NCBI GenBank assembly: GCA_000004985.1
Contig: GG738895.1
Reading direction: 5' to 3' (one strand)
Source of the DNA: Naegleria gruberi
Lineage: Eukaryota
DNA: 64,000 nucleotides
The first letter of the stretch is position 1. Each line of letters begins with the position of its first letter. This document shows positions 10,006 to 20,794 of the stretch, in pieces. The notes under the pieces were generated by a model. It saw nothing but the letters and a program-made list of their open reading frames with translations. It did no database searches and was not told the DNA's origin. The translations under genes and the position numbers were made by a program.

Positions 10006-11091
10006 TTATCTCACATACATATTTGCTTTTGGTATTACCGAATATGAACCACTAAATGTCCATTGCTTGAAAGTTGAACCTGCACATAGATTATACACAT
10101 GAGAATTCTGATTAAGAGGACCACCTCCAAAAAGACAATAATCTAAACCTGTTCCATCACATCCATTGTTTTCTATATGACCCAGTGAAAGATCTGTCAA
10201 TTTAGTGCTCAATGGGACACAAATTCCCGGAGCTGTCCAAACAGAAATTAAAGAAACAGCAAAACCTGTTCCTGTTGCATCTTTCCACATGATCTCAGTT
10301 GATGCACTTCTCAACATGGCCCATTTATCATCTCTCATTGAAGCACCATCACTGGTTACATTGACTATATCAACATAATATGGAGCTAGTTGAACATTTC
10401 TTGATGAAACAAGTGCCCAACCACCTCCATTAGCAGATTGTTCACAATAGACCACAAATTCTGATTTGGTAGCATCAGGTTTAATCCAATACAAACCACT
10501 CACTGCAGAATCATTGAATTGTTTCTTATATTCAGCACAGGATTTCAAAATGCCACTTCCAAATGTGAAAATACTATTGGTGGAAGAGAGAGTTTGCACA
10601 TCACAATTAGATCCTGTCCAACCACTCTTACATGTGGAACATGTGGCTCCATCCCAATTTCCTGAACAAACTGAACATTGACCTGCAGATGAGCATACAG
10701 AACATTTGACATCACATGAAGATTTTACAATATTACAATCAGGACCATCAAATGCATTACATGTAGAATTGAAAATTTGAATTTCTTCTGAAAGAGTAGC
10801 ATAAGCTCTCTTTACCTTACTTAATTGAGTTTGACGAATTGAGAGCGATGTGAAATTTGCCTTACTCAATACTGCAATTACCTTTTCCAATTGAGAGACG
10901 GTTAATTCTAATGCAGATGCCTCTTTCTTTAATGAATTTAACCAATCTCTGACATTACCAGAAGTAGTGGAAGTGCTATTGGTTGTTGCCGCAGCACAAG
11001 ACCATCCACCACCGTTGAGAGATGGAAAGGCATGTAACAATAGACAACATACCACTAAGCACATCATCAACAATCCGTTGGCTGTAGACAT
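10006..11091 (-). CDS. Secreted fibrinogen-related-domain (FReD) protein with an EGF-like Cys-rich segment
   Basis: Signal peptide, coiled-coil segment and Cys-rich CSVCSSAGQCSVCSGNWDGATCSTCKSGWTGSNC. Then ...GLYWIKPD...FVVYCEQSANGGGWALVS..., matching the fibrinogen C-terminal signature (F.VYCDM...GGGWTV). Confidence 0.6.
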   Translation of the reverse strand: MSTANGLLMMCLVVCCLLLHAFPSLNGGGWSCAAATTNSTSTTSGNVRDWLNSLKKEASALELTVSQLEKVIAVLSKANFTSLSIRQTQLSKVKRAYATLSEEIQIFNSTCNAFDGPDCNIVKSSCDVKCSVCSSAGQCSVCSGNWDGATCSTCKSGWTGSNCDVQTLSSTNSIFTFGSGILKSCAEYKKQFNDSAVSGLYWIKPDATKSEFVVYCEQSANGGGWALVSSRNVQLAPYYVDIVNVTSDGASMRDDKWAMLRSASTEIMWKDATGTGFAVSLISVWTAPGICVPLSTKLTDLSLGHIENNGCDGTGLDYCLFGGGPLNQNSHVYNLCAGSTFKQWTFSGSYSVIPKANMYVR

Positions 11092-11668
11092 TTTTTTAAC
11101 TGTGAAAATTGCACAATCTTGTCGTTATCATCTACTGAAAATGGAAATGTAATGTAGGGCTCTGTAGTTTGCTGTAGTGACAACTCCAATTTGGGAGGGT
11201 AACCTCCTCGTTAGGAAATTTAATTGTGAAATAAATAATGGCTTGTGCACTTGATTTTCAATGGTCTTTTCACAAGGAAGAAAGGATCATTCCCACCGAA
11301 ATCTCACAATACAGTGCACTGTGTTACGGTGAGATTGGAGACTATTCTGGTATTTGCCATCTTTTATACATCAACAGTATAGAGAGCTTTTCCAATATTA
11401 AATTCTTTAGAAACCTTAATTAATTTTACTAGTTTAAGGTAACAGTGAATGACATCATCCTGATCACTCTAAAATGTGTGTAGCCTACAAGCAATTGATC
11501 TTGTTGAGAAAGACCAATTTTGAAAATGTTAAATTCATGGATATTCACCTAAACTTTTTAGGTAGTGGAAATGGTATGTGGAAGGGATAACTAGAACTAC
11601 TTTTGTAAATTACAACATTCCAATTCCAGAATATCTCCAGATGGCTATTTAACCCACTTGGACTAGAT

Positions 11669-12657
11669 TTATTTCTTTTTCATGGATGGACATCTATCAT
11701 CACACTTATTCAAACTAGCATCATGGAATAAAAAGTGCATGGTTGAGAATACTCTAAATGAACTCTCCTTTTCCATGCAATTATCTGAACAGAAATTCTT
11801 ACAAAACAATGATGGAATGAATGGACCTTCCCATTGCCCAACTGGCCACAATTCTTGTAATTGATGAGTATAGAATAGGATTGCACTGACGAAACCATCA
11901 TGGTACATTGGAATGACTGGCATTAGAGTGTAACTGTAACCTGACAAGTTTGGATGTTCAACCAAGTCAAAACCCCAATGTGTACTTTAATTTTTTTTTT
12001 TAAAAAAAATAATTAAAAAATTTAAAAATATAAATAATGTTAATAATTAAATATAAATAATGTTAATAATAATGTAAATATAAATATTCAAAATTACCCC
12101 ATGCCCGTAATGCACCCTCCTTTGGTAAATTGTGCCTTATCTGCTTCAGCTTCTGTTAATGGAACTGAAATTGGAAATTTACTATTTGGAGCTACCAATA
12201 ATCGATCTCCTAAAACTCCTCCTTTTGTATCCAATTGCCCAGAGCATGCAAAAGCTGGATCACGAGTAGAAACTTCAATTTGATAAACATCAGGTGAAAC
12301 TCTCTTCCAGAAACTAGCTTGTTCCAATTGACTTAAAACTCCATGAACTCTAACACCAAAACCACCCAGTTGACCAGCTTTTGTATAATAAACAACAATT
12401 CTATCATTAATGAAGCCATATCCAAGATTTGGAATGCATGCCCCATTTTCAATTGGTGTATTCCAATCGGATGAATTTCTGGCTTGTGTAATGTTTAAAG
12501 GCATTGGAGTTTTACTAAAAAATGTATGAAGTAAACGATCTCCAAGTCCAATCCATGGTTGTTGTTTGTGTGGTGAAAGACCTCGGAGAGGAACATTTGC
12601 ATGCACAAAGGTGAGAATTAGAAACAATGCAGAGATGAGCAAAATGAATTTTGACAT
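11669..12657 (-). CDS. Secreted hypothetical protein, 2 exons (12657..12098 and 11984..11669; intron 11985..12097)
   Basis: The signal peptide MSKFILLISALFLILTFVHA starts at the ATG at 12657 (the track's 12750 ATG adds 31 non-signal residues). The 113-nt AT-rich intron has a GTAATT donor and TTAAAG acceptor and joins the two track ORFs in frame (...GGCITGM-G-THWGFDLVEHPN...). Confidence 0.45.
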
Positions 12658-13117
12658 TTTTTTTTGATGATGAGAATCTTGTATGGTGGAATATCTTGTC
12701 CTCCCTTCCTTATGATATTGGATCCAAATTAGTTCATGTTTGTTGATCATTCAAATCCAGTCCGTCCTTAGTGGAAGAGTGTGTTTGGCAACTCCTGTAT
12801 GTTAGTATTAATAATCAATTAATCTTTAATTTTTGCAGAGATTTGAAGTGGTGAATGTTCAAATTTTTAATTGATGATATGATAAGCTCCATCTCCACAA
12901 CTGTTCCGAATAATTTATACAATTAAATATAAAAATTATTAATCCCTCCTCCGATCCATATATCTTTCTACAGTCTCACAATTTAGCTACATTAATTTTA
13001 TTTTTTATTTAAAATTATTTAAAATTATTTAACGGTTGTTGGTGGCGTGAGCTTTTTAATGTTCAACAAATTTCTCAACACACCAAACAAAATCATCAAT
13101 AATTTAACAATAAAAAA

Positions 13118-14470
13118 ATGACTCAACAAGAAGTATCATCATCAACAACAACTACGGAATCAGTCCCAACAACAACATTATCATCGGAAGAAACCAAGAT
13201 GGAAACTCAACAAATGGACACAACAAGCGATGAAAAGAAGAGAGAAAAACGACCACCTCTCACTGAAGAAGAACAATTAGCCTTGGATGAAAAGAAGAAG
13301 AGAAAGAGAATGGAAGCAAACAAGAAGAGAAAAAAGAAAAAGGTTGAAAAGTTTAAAAAAAAGAAAGCTCCAGCTGTTTTCCAAGTATTGAATGTTCACT
13401 TGATGGATTCAAGCAAGATACATACCATTACAAAGGAAGATATCAAGAAGTGCTTCCCTGAATGTGTACAAATGTCGAGACCTTGTGAGAATATATTTCG
13501 AATTCAATTTAGTAAGGAACAAGATTGTTTGAAATATTTCAAAAAGGAGGAAAAGAAGAGGAAGAAGCAATTGAGAAAGAGAGATATTGAAAAGAAGAAG
13601 GAAGAAAAGGAAGAAAAAGAAGAAACACCAAAGGAAGAAAAGGAAGAAACAGAAGAAACACCAAAGGAGGAAGAATCAAAGGAAGATACACCAATGGAAG
13701 AATCAACAACAACTAATACTGAAACATCCGAATCAACATCAAGTAAGGAAACAGCTGATAGTAGAGAAGAACGTATTCTTGCATACAAGATTCAAGAAGT
13801 TATCAATGGATTCAAATTTACCTTACGAGCAGAAGCAGCCAAATTTATTGCCAAACCAGAATGGAAAGAAGTCACCAAACAAAAGAAGAAGGATCCAAGA
13901 GTTCTTGTCTTTTTACTTCCAAAAGAAGTTGATATTTCACATGAAAAGTTTAAGGAATTATTCCCAGATTGTGTCAAGGCCATCAGAAATAATAGAGATA
14001 TCTATGGTCTCTTCTCATCTGAAAAGCAAGTTGCAAATTACCTTAATCAATCAAAGTATAGAAAATTGGAAAGGGGTGGAATTTCATTCGTTTTGAGAGT
14101 TGGTCCTGAAAATCTCTCACTCAAACCATGTAATTGGAATCCAGAAGAGAAATTCCTCAGAGATGAAGATAAGGAAAAACAAGTTGTCAAGGAAAAGAAG
14201 GAAGAAAAGAAACAAAAGAGAAAGGAAAAGAAGGAAGAGAAGGAAAAGAACAAGTCAACCGAAACAACTACAGAACCAGGTGAAAAGACTGAAAAGAAAG
14301 AAAAGAAAAAGAATAAGAAAGATAAGAAGGAAAAGAAGGATAAGAAGCAATCAGACGAAACAACAACAGAAATTAAAGATAAAAAGAAGGACAGAAAGAA
14401 GATTAAAGCTAGCAAGAAACAGAAAGAAGAACCAAATGGAAATAGTGCATCCAAGATGAGTGACGAATAA
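13118..14470 (+). CDS. Highly charged Lys/Glu-rich low-complexity protein, possibly nuclear or RNA-associated
   Basis: 450 aa, dominated by K/E tracts (KKKRKRMEANKKRKKKKVEKFKKKK; EEKEEKEETPKEE). Two less biased globular segments. (GAA/AAG)n coding generates long spurious ORFs in other frames and strands. Confidence 0.5.
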   Translation: MTQQEVSSSTTTTESVPTTTLSSEETKMETQQMDTTSDEKKREKRPPLTEEEQLALDEKKKRKRMEANKKRKKKKVEKFKKKKAPAVFQVLNVHLMDSSKIHTITKEDIKKCFPECVQMSRPCENIFRIQFSKEQDCLKYFKKEEKKRKKQLRKRDIEKKKEEKEEKEETPKEEKEETEETPKEEESKEDTPMEESTTTNTETSESTSSKETADSREERILAYKIQEVINGFKFTLRAEAAKFIAKPEWKEVTKQKKKDPRVLVFLLPKEVDISHEKFKELFPDCVKAIRNNRDIYGLFSSEKQVANYLNQSKYRKLERGGISFVLRVGPENLSLKPCNWNPEEKFLRDEDKEKQVVKEKKEEKKQKRKEKKEEKEKNKSTETTTEPGEKTEKKEKKKNKKDKKEKKDKKQSDETTTEIKDKKKDRKKIKASKKQKEEPNGNSASKMSDE

Positions 14471-15250
14471 AACATAAATTAACAGAATGGATATAATTGT
14501 CCAAACTATCCCAAATTAGACGTGCACCATGAAATTACCAACACTATTCTAACAGTCTGCTTTCCACTCTAGAACAATACATGAAGAATTTCATCATCAC
14601 CAAATAATTTATTTAACAAATTCATTCTCCATCATCATTTTCCTCTCATCTCTTTGAAAAAAATTCAAATCTCTGAACCATTGCCTCTCTTGCTGGTTTG
14701 GTTCTTGGATCTTTGCATCATCATCACGAAATTAAATATTCATCATCACGAATTTATTCTTCCCGCGTTATCATCCATCATAGGCTGCTTCCTCTTTAAA
14801 AAAATAACACCATAGAAAAAAAACGCAAGACATCACACACTAGTGTTGTATTACTACAATTTTGTTGTTGTACTCTGACCTGGTTTTTTGAAAAATTGAA
14901 ACTCTTGAAATTATCTGCTACTTTTGATTTTGTTTAGTCAAATATTGTGGTGGTAGAATCATTATATATTTAGGATTTTCGGAATCGAATAGGTTTTTTT
15001 GTATTTTCTCTACGAAAGGAGGAAATTCAGTTGATTTGAAATTATTGGTGTTATCTCTACTTGTGTTGAAAGCATAACATCAACAATTAATCAGTAATAA
15101 CAAAAATAACAACAGCAAACACGTTACTAAACATTAGTTTCAATATCGGACTATTTCTAAATTGTCAACCACAACAACTACTAGTAGTTGAAATATTCAT
15201 CAATAATAATAATAACAACAAATATATTAACATATTAACACATCAATACA

Positions 15251-15760
15251 ATGGTACTTCACGTAACAATACTTGAAATAACTAACTTGGATAACAAACA
15301 TACTGATCCGAATTATACATCTGATCCATATGTGGTCGTTTCAATAGATCACAAACAATTTGCAAATACAGATGATCACTTTAGGACGAATATACAAAAA
15401 GATACACTAAATCCAAAATATAACGAAACGTTTCAATTCGAGATACCCAAGCAATCTACGTTTGAAAATATTGATATAGTATTTGAGGTTTATGATTGGC
15501 GTGTGATTGGTAAGAATGCATCAATGGGTCAAGCACAAACTAGTTTAGCATGTTTGAGGAATCAATTTGTGGATTGTGATTCCTCAATGCAATCAGAAAA
15601 GAAAGGAGAAGAAGTTCACGAACAAGAAAACTCAACATCTAGGAAACGAAAGCTCTACAAGAAGGAACCCCAGAGATTAAAATTAGAGTTATCAAGGAAT
15701 AGAAATGCATTTATTGAAATTGAAATGATGGTAGATGAAACTGATCGGCGACATTATTGA
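15251..15760 (+). CDS. C2-domain protein
   Basis: VLHVTILEITNL...SDPYVVVSID...NTDDHFRTNIQKDTLNPKYNETFQFEI...DIVFEVYDWRVIGKNASMG matches the C2 (Ca-dependent lipid-binding) fold motifs. Confidence 0.65.
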   Translation: MVLHVTILEITNLDNKHTDPNYTSDPYVVVSIDHKQFANTDDHFRTNIQKDTLNPKYNETFQFEIPKQSTFENIDIVFEVYDWRVIGKNASMGQAQTSLACLRNQFVDCDSSMQSEKKGEEVHEQENSTSRKRKLYKKEPQRLKLELSRNRNAFIEIEMMVDETDRRHY

Positions 15761-16027
15761 TTTTATAAACTACCTAATTGGATTCTTTCTAATACTTTAG
15801 GTTTAATCAGTTATTATTTCTACACCAAAACCTTCTGGTATCTGTTTTCAGATTTTCATCCCTTTCTATATTCTTCTAATTTCGCAAATATTGGGTATCT
15901 CTGTTCCTGATGTGAACAGGAGATTGTTAAACTGTTTAGAATCTAAACCAATCTAAGATCTGACATCAATGTCAATAGAGTTTTCTCTTCACAGATGATA
16001 TGATACTCGATTTTTTAAATCAAAGAT

Positions 16028-18956
16028 CTAGTCTTTTACCATCTCCTCTCCAAGCATTGCTTGAATACCATTTTGCAAATCGTTACGAGTACATGGCTTG
16101 CAAATCACTGCATCCACTACACTTGCATAATATTCAGCATTTGTTAGTGCATCTGCAGTCAACATGATTATCTTAATGTCCTTATATTTGGTCTTGATTA
16201 TTTTAGATGCCTCAATACCACTCATGAAGGGCATGTGCTATAATGTAAAATTAATTCATTCAAAATTTAAAACAACTCAGTAAACATACCATATCTGTAA
16301 TAACTAGTTTGTGTCGAGTTGGGTCAATTTTCTCTACCAACTGGCGACCGTCCACTGCTACATCCACCTCAAATCCCAAACTTCTCAACATTTTGGTAAG
16401 CACTTTTCGATTGATTGCATTATCTTCGGCAATAATAATTTGAATATTGTCTGTGTTTGGTTTGGAGGTTTCAGCATTCTTAACATAAGAGTCTGCCTTT
16501 TCAAATTGATCCAAATAATTGTTTTGAATGTCAATCTGTCTCTTGATTGAAAAATCGACAGTTTGCTCCTCTGCTGAAAGAACAACCTCCTTTGCATCCA
16601 AGGTATTCATGTTGTAAATTTGTATAGGTATTTGAATAGTAAAAGTGCTGCCATGATTTTCCTCTGACTCGAGAGTAATGCATCCATTCATGGAACGTAC
16701 AATATTAAGGCAAGTAGATAAACCTAAACCACTGCTTGGGAAAATACTTTCATTAAGGTTATGGAGCTGAATAAAATCATTAATATATGGAAACAATTAT
16801 TACTTACCTGACCAAATGGTTGAAAGATAAATTCTTGCTTCGACTTGGGAATACCAACACCATAATCAACAACCTTAAACTCAAACCATTGGTGAGAATT
16901 TTCCGTAATGACATTTGGAGGATTTGGTATTGTTTTGCAGTGAAGTTCTACAACTTGAGATGGATGAGAAGCTTTCACGGCATTAGTTAATAAATTAACT
17001 AGAATTTGACTCATTCTTGCCTGATTCATCTTGACAAAAACATTGGCCTCCAAATTTTGAGTAAATATCTGCACATCCACAACAAACTTTTTGGCATAGC
17101 TCTTCATAATTTCCTGTACACTTTGAAGGCAATTCCTCAGACAAAAAACTTGTTTGGTATTGGTTTGAACTTTGCTCTTGGTTTCATGTTCCGATTTTAC
17201 AAAAAGTAAAATATCCTCAATGAGAGTCAATAGAATATTTTCGGCACTCTCAATGGTTTCTATGTGTTCTCGTTGTTCCTTAGTCAGATTTGTTTCCTTA
17301 ATTAATTCTATCGATCCTAAACTACTCAGGGTTGGTGTTCTAAATTCGTGTGAAAGATGGCTGACAAAATTTGATTTGGCTTCCAAAGCCAATTTGAGTC
17401 TGTCTGTTGTTTCTTGAAGTTGATCACACTCTGATGATAATTGAACATTTCCGAACACTATAAATAATCCAAAAATTAGAATAGTATAAATGGCTGGTGA
17501 ATACTCGAAAATTACATCCAATGTGTAGGTCCATCCCATTGCATTGATTTTGAGCAGTCCAGCTAGAAAGTAGTGAAAAGCCATGGAAACTGTTGGAAGC
17601 ATTGACCAAAATGGATCTCCCTTACTATGAGCTGTTTTCAATGAAATTATTCCAATAGTAATATTAATAATAATAATAACAATAATTGAAAATTCCAATA
17701 TGCAATTTTACATTCCACAACAATAAATATTAAGAATTAAAAGAAATTGATAAAAACTCACCTGTGTTTTTAGACATGACTGCAATAGTTGCCAGTGAAT
17801 TGCTCAACATTAAAACTCTGTGCTTTTGCATTACAAAGAAACGAATTGAAAAGCTAACAACATTAAAAAGAATGATAACCTTTGATTCGTAAGTATTTTC
17901 TGCCTTATCCATCCTAATAAGACGTCCACTATTTACAAGTATCGTCAGTGCTCCCAGAATAAACATCCAAAAAGTTGCATTAATATCATGACTCTGTTCT
18001 CGAAAGACATACATGGTCTGTATCAGATATCCTGTATAAACTGTGAATAAAATCGTAGAAGCTTGAATTTTCAGCAGTGAATGCCAAGCTTTCGGAATGG
18101 ATGTTCCCTCAAGTGGCAAATTGAAAAAGTTTAAAGAGTAGTGAGCATTGGCTGAATAGGGTACATTTGTATGAGGTGTTGGTGAGTTGGAAAAATTCAT
18201 TTCTGTTGTTGTTGTTATATTCTCATCAGATGAAATGATTTTTGTGATTTTATCTTCCTTATCACTTGATGATGATGATGGTACTGATTCAATATTGTTT
18301 GAATCTATTAGATTCTTATTGCTAGATGATTTAGATATTTCTTCTCGTGAATTCTTCCTCAAATTGTTATCCAATACCTGTTTTTTAGTATTAATGATCG
18401 GATTTAGGTGGTATATCCTAGATGATAGGGTTTTCAAATAATCCTCTTCTTTTTCAGCACCTCCGCACTGTATCTTCTTTTCCGTATCACTATTATTAGT
18501 ACTAAGGTTATTATTGTCTATTTGTACTTCTCCTCCCTCTTCACAATTATTATTATTCTTACGAGTGGTAGATGCCTTTTTCAATTCTGATGATGATGAT
18601 AAGGAAGAAGTAAACGGTTGTTGCTTTTTTTCTGTAAGGTCCAAATTTGTTTGCTGCCTTACTAATTTTTGTTCTTGGGCGCAAAATAATGTCGTTGCAT
18701 TCTCCTCCGCCACAGAGGAGTTGACTTGTTCTTCTTCTTCTTGATGAGCAGTAAAAGAAGAGGAAGAAGAAGAATTTGATGATGATGAATGATGGCAAGT
18801 TGATGAAAAAGTATCGGAGGGAGAATTAGAAAGTTTTGATAGGGTTGTTGTGATATTGTTGGAGTGATGAAGATTGTTTAATTCTTCTGATGCTACTTCT
18901 TGTTGAAGAGGCATGTCATTTGTTGATGGAAGTGCTTGGTTTTTGGGTTCCAACAT
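16028..18956 (-). CDS. Hybrid sensor histidine kinase, 4 exons (18956..17762, 17631..16808, 16766..16290, 16237..16028)
   Basis: Ser-rich N-terminal region, then TM helices, HisKA (HEFRTPTLSSLGSIELI), HATPase_c (VVDYGVGIPKSKQEFIFQPFGQ | ...SSGLGLSTCLNIVRSMNGCITLESEENHGSTF) and a receiver domain (IIIAEDNAINRKVLTKML...LVITDM | HMPFMSGIEASKII...IIMLTAD). Introns of 130, 41 and 52 nt (GTGAGT..AACAG, GTAAGT..TTCAG, GTATGT..TATAG) restore the frame across the split track ORFs. Confidence 0.7.
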
Positions 18957-19426
18957 GTTAGTAGAGAGGGAAGTGAGATGTTTTTTTGTGGAAAGGATTC
19001 GAATACCTTCATCATGTGTTGACAGCTAATTTCGAATAAAAAAATGACCATAAAAGTAGCTTGGTTTTGATTTTTGGTAAATACGCATCTTGATATTCGG
19101 CAATTTTCAAATAGTTGACCAAAATCTCCAAACTAACCAATAATTGATATATCAATACTATCTCAATAACATGTGAATTTTTAGTTTAAATATTTATTCG
19201 AAATCATATGACAGTCAAACAATCGACAAATTAAGAACTATCCCCGTCCTTTCCTACCATTATTTTTACAATTTTATCCTTCATCATATTTCTTCAACAA
19301 TTATATCGATTATCGAAATCCTTACCACATCATAAAACACGAAAAAATAACAATTATCAAATTTATCACCAGCAAACACTGATTTTAAATTTTAATTTAT
19401 TTTAAAAATAAATTAAAAAATAATTT

Positions 19427-20626
19427 ATGAAAAGAGAAGCTTTGGAATCAATAACAACAAAAACAACTCGCGTTAAAGAGGAAAAGGAGGATAAATCATC
19501 TACTTTATCAAATTCTTTAGGTGTTATTGATCCTAGTAATAATAATAATGATGAAGGATTGCAACCAGCATTGAAGAAGGTAAAGACGGAATCGTCATCA
19601 TCTTCTAATCAAATTAAAGGAAATATTAGTACTAGTAATAATAATAATGGATTATTAACGAGCACACCAAGTAGAATTGCCTCTTCTTCATCAGCATCAA
19701 ATAATAATAACAATTTAAATATTATTATTAATACTTCTACTACTAGTAGTACTCCTACAAACATAATCATGACATCAACTAACAACAACAACAATACTAA
19801 CAATAATTTAAAGTGGAGCGTGGTCAACTTTACAAATAATAACACTAATAACAATGCTTCTGCTAGTAGTGCCACCATCAATAATAATAATAACAATAAT
19901 AGAATTAGAATTGCATATAATCCTGATGACATTCAAGTTTATCTAATTTGGAGACATGTTAATGATACAAGTGATGATACAAAGGAAAGTAATTGGAAGA
20001 AGGTAGAATCTACTTTTATTCCTTCATTCTCTTCATCAGTTCACAAGCAATACATGTCTCATTTGGAAGAATTGAACAAATCGTCAACAGAATCTATTCG
20101 AATTGGAGTCATGTGTAAAAATAAGACACATTTAAATATTGCCTTAAAGTTTGAATTGGATGGAAAGGATTACGCTTTTATGAGTACAACACTTAAACCT
20201 GGAGAGGATCGTCTCATAAGAAGACTCATTCACAAAGTTACAAAAGCTTCACAAACAGTTCAAGTGAAGAAGAATCAAGTTGTGGAAAATTCATCTGGAG
20301 CAACTAGTGAACAGAGTTTAATTGAAAAATTGGGAACTATCAAGATTAAAGCGTTTAGAATTCAAGTTGCTTCGGAACAAACATCATCATCTTCTGTTGC
20401 TACTGCCCAAAACTCTATCAAAGCTCCAGATGTTAAAATTAAAGAAGGAATGACCAAAATGAAGGATTTATCTGTTGGTTTTGGAGCTACTACTAAAGCT
20501 CCCTCATTCCAACAAACTGGATTTGCTTATAAAGAGGAAATCAAAGCTTTGGAATTTGTTTATCATACAAGATTGGGTTACTTGTTTGAATTGAGAAAGG
20601 CTGGTATTGATATTAGTAATAAGTAA
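19427..20626 (+). CDS. Hypothetical protein with Asn/Ser/Thr-rich low-complexity N-terminal half
   Basis: 399-aa single ORF with poly-N tracts (NNNNNNNRIRIAYNP) and a more complex C-terminal half. No recognisable domain. Confidence 0.45.
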   Translation: MKREALESITTKTTRVKEEKEDKSSTLSNSLGVIDPSNNNNDEGLQPALKKVKTESSSSSNQIKGNISTSNNNNGLLTSTPSRIASSSSASNNNNNLNIIINTSTTSSTPTNIIMTSTNNNNNTNNNLKWSVVNFTNNNTNNNASASSATINNNNNNNRIRIAYNPDDIQVYLIWRHVNDTSDDTKESNWKKVESTFIPSFSSSVHKQYMSHLEELNKSSTESIRIGVMCKNKTHLNIALKFELDGKDYAFMSTTLKPGEDRLIRRLIHKVTKASQTVQVKKNQVVENSSGATSEQSLIEKLGTIKIKAFRIQVASEQTSSSSVATAQNSIKAPDVKIKEGMTKMKDLSVGFGATTKAPSFQQTGFAYKEEIKALEFVYHTRLGYLFELRKAGIDISNK

Positions 20627-20794
20627 TTTTGGATCATTGTCTCATTTTTTCGAGACATCTATGATTGAAACAAGACTGTCACATTTTGATTAATTGACTC
20701 AACTCAGAAAGAGGAAGAATTATTGTTTTGGAGCTGAAAAACGACTGAATCGATATTATTTAATTGAATGAAATTAGAATAAGAAAATAAACAG

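Noticed and set aside
12000-12090. Direct duplication aaatataaataatgttaataat x2 inside the intron of the 11669..12657 gene
   Set aside because: Simple AT-rich slippage within an intron. No evidence of function.
12658-12750. Upstream ATG at 12750 adding MINKHELIWIQYHKEGRTRYSTIQDSHHQKK before the signal peptide
   Set aside because: The downstream ATG at 12657 starts a canonical cleavable signal peptide. The extension would convert it into an atypical internal hydrophobic segment. Kept as an alternative only.
12990-13040. Small tandem (aaaattattta)x3 in the divergent intergenic region between 12657 and 13118
   Set aside because: Too short and AT-simple to call a regulatory element or satellite. 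Typical of AT-rich promoters here.
13504-14475. Multiple long ORFs on both strands within the K/E-rich gene
   Set aside because: By-product of (GAA/AAG)n repeats. Only one frame gives a coherent protein.
17698-17700. ATG start of track ORF 16724..17698 (MEFSIIVIIIINITIG...)
   Set aside because: That ATG lies inside the 130-nt intron 17632..17761 of the histidine kinase gene. The ORF is an internal exon, not an independent gene.
19609-19932. 107-aa minus-strand poly-Leu ORF
   Set aside because: Antisense translation of the (AAT/AAC)n Asn-rich coding region of the 19427 gene (AAT antisense ATT/GTT, poly-L/V).
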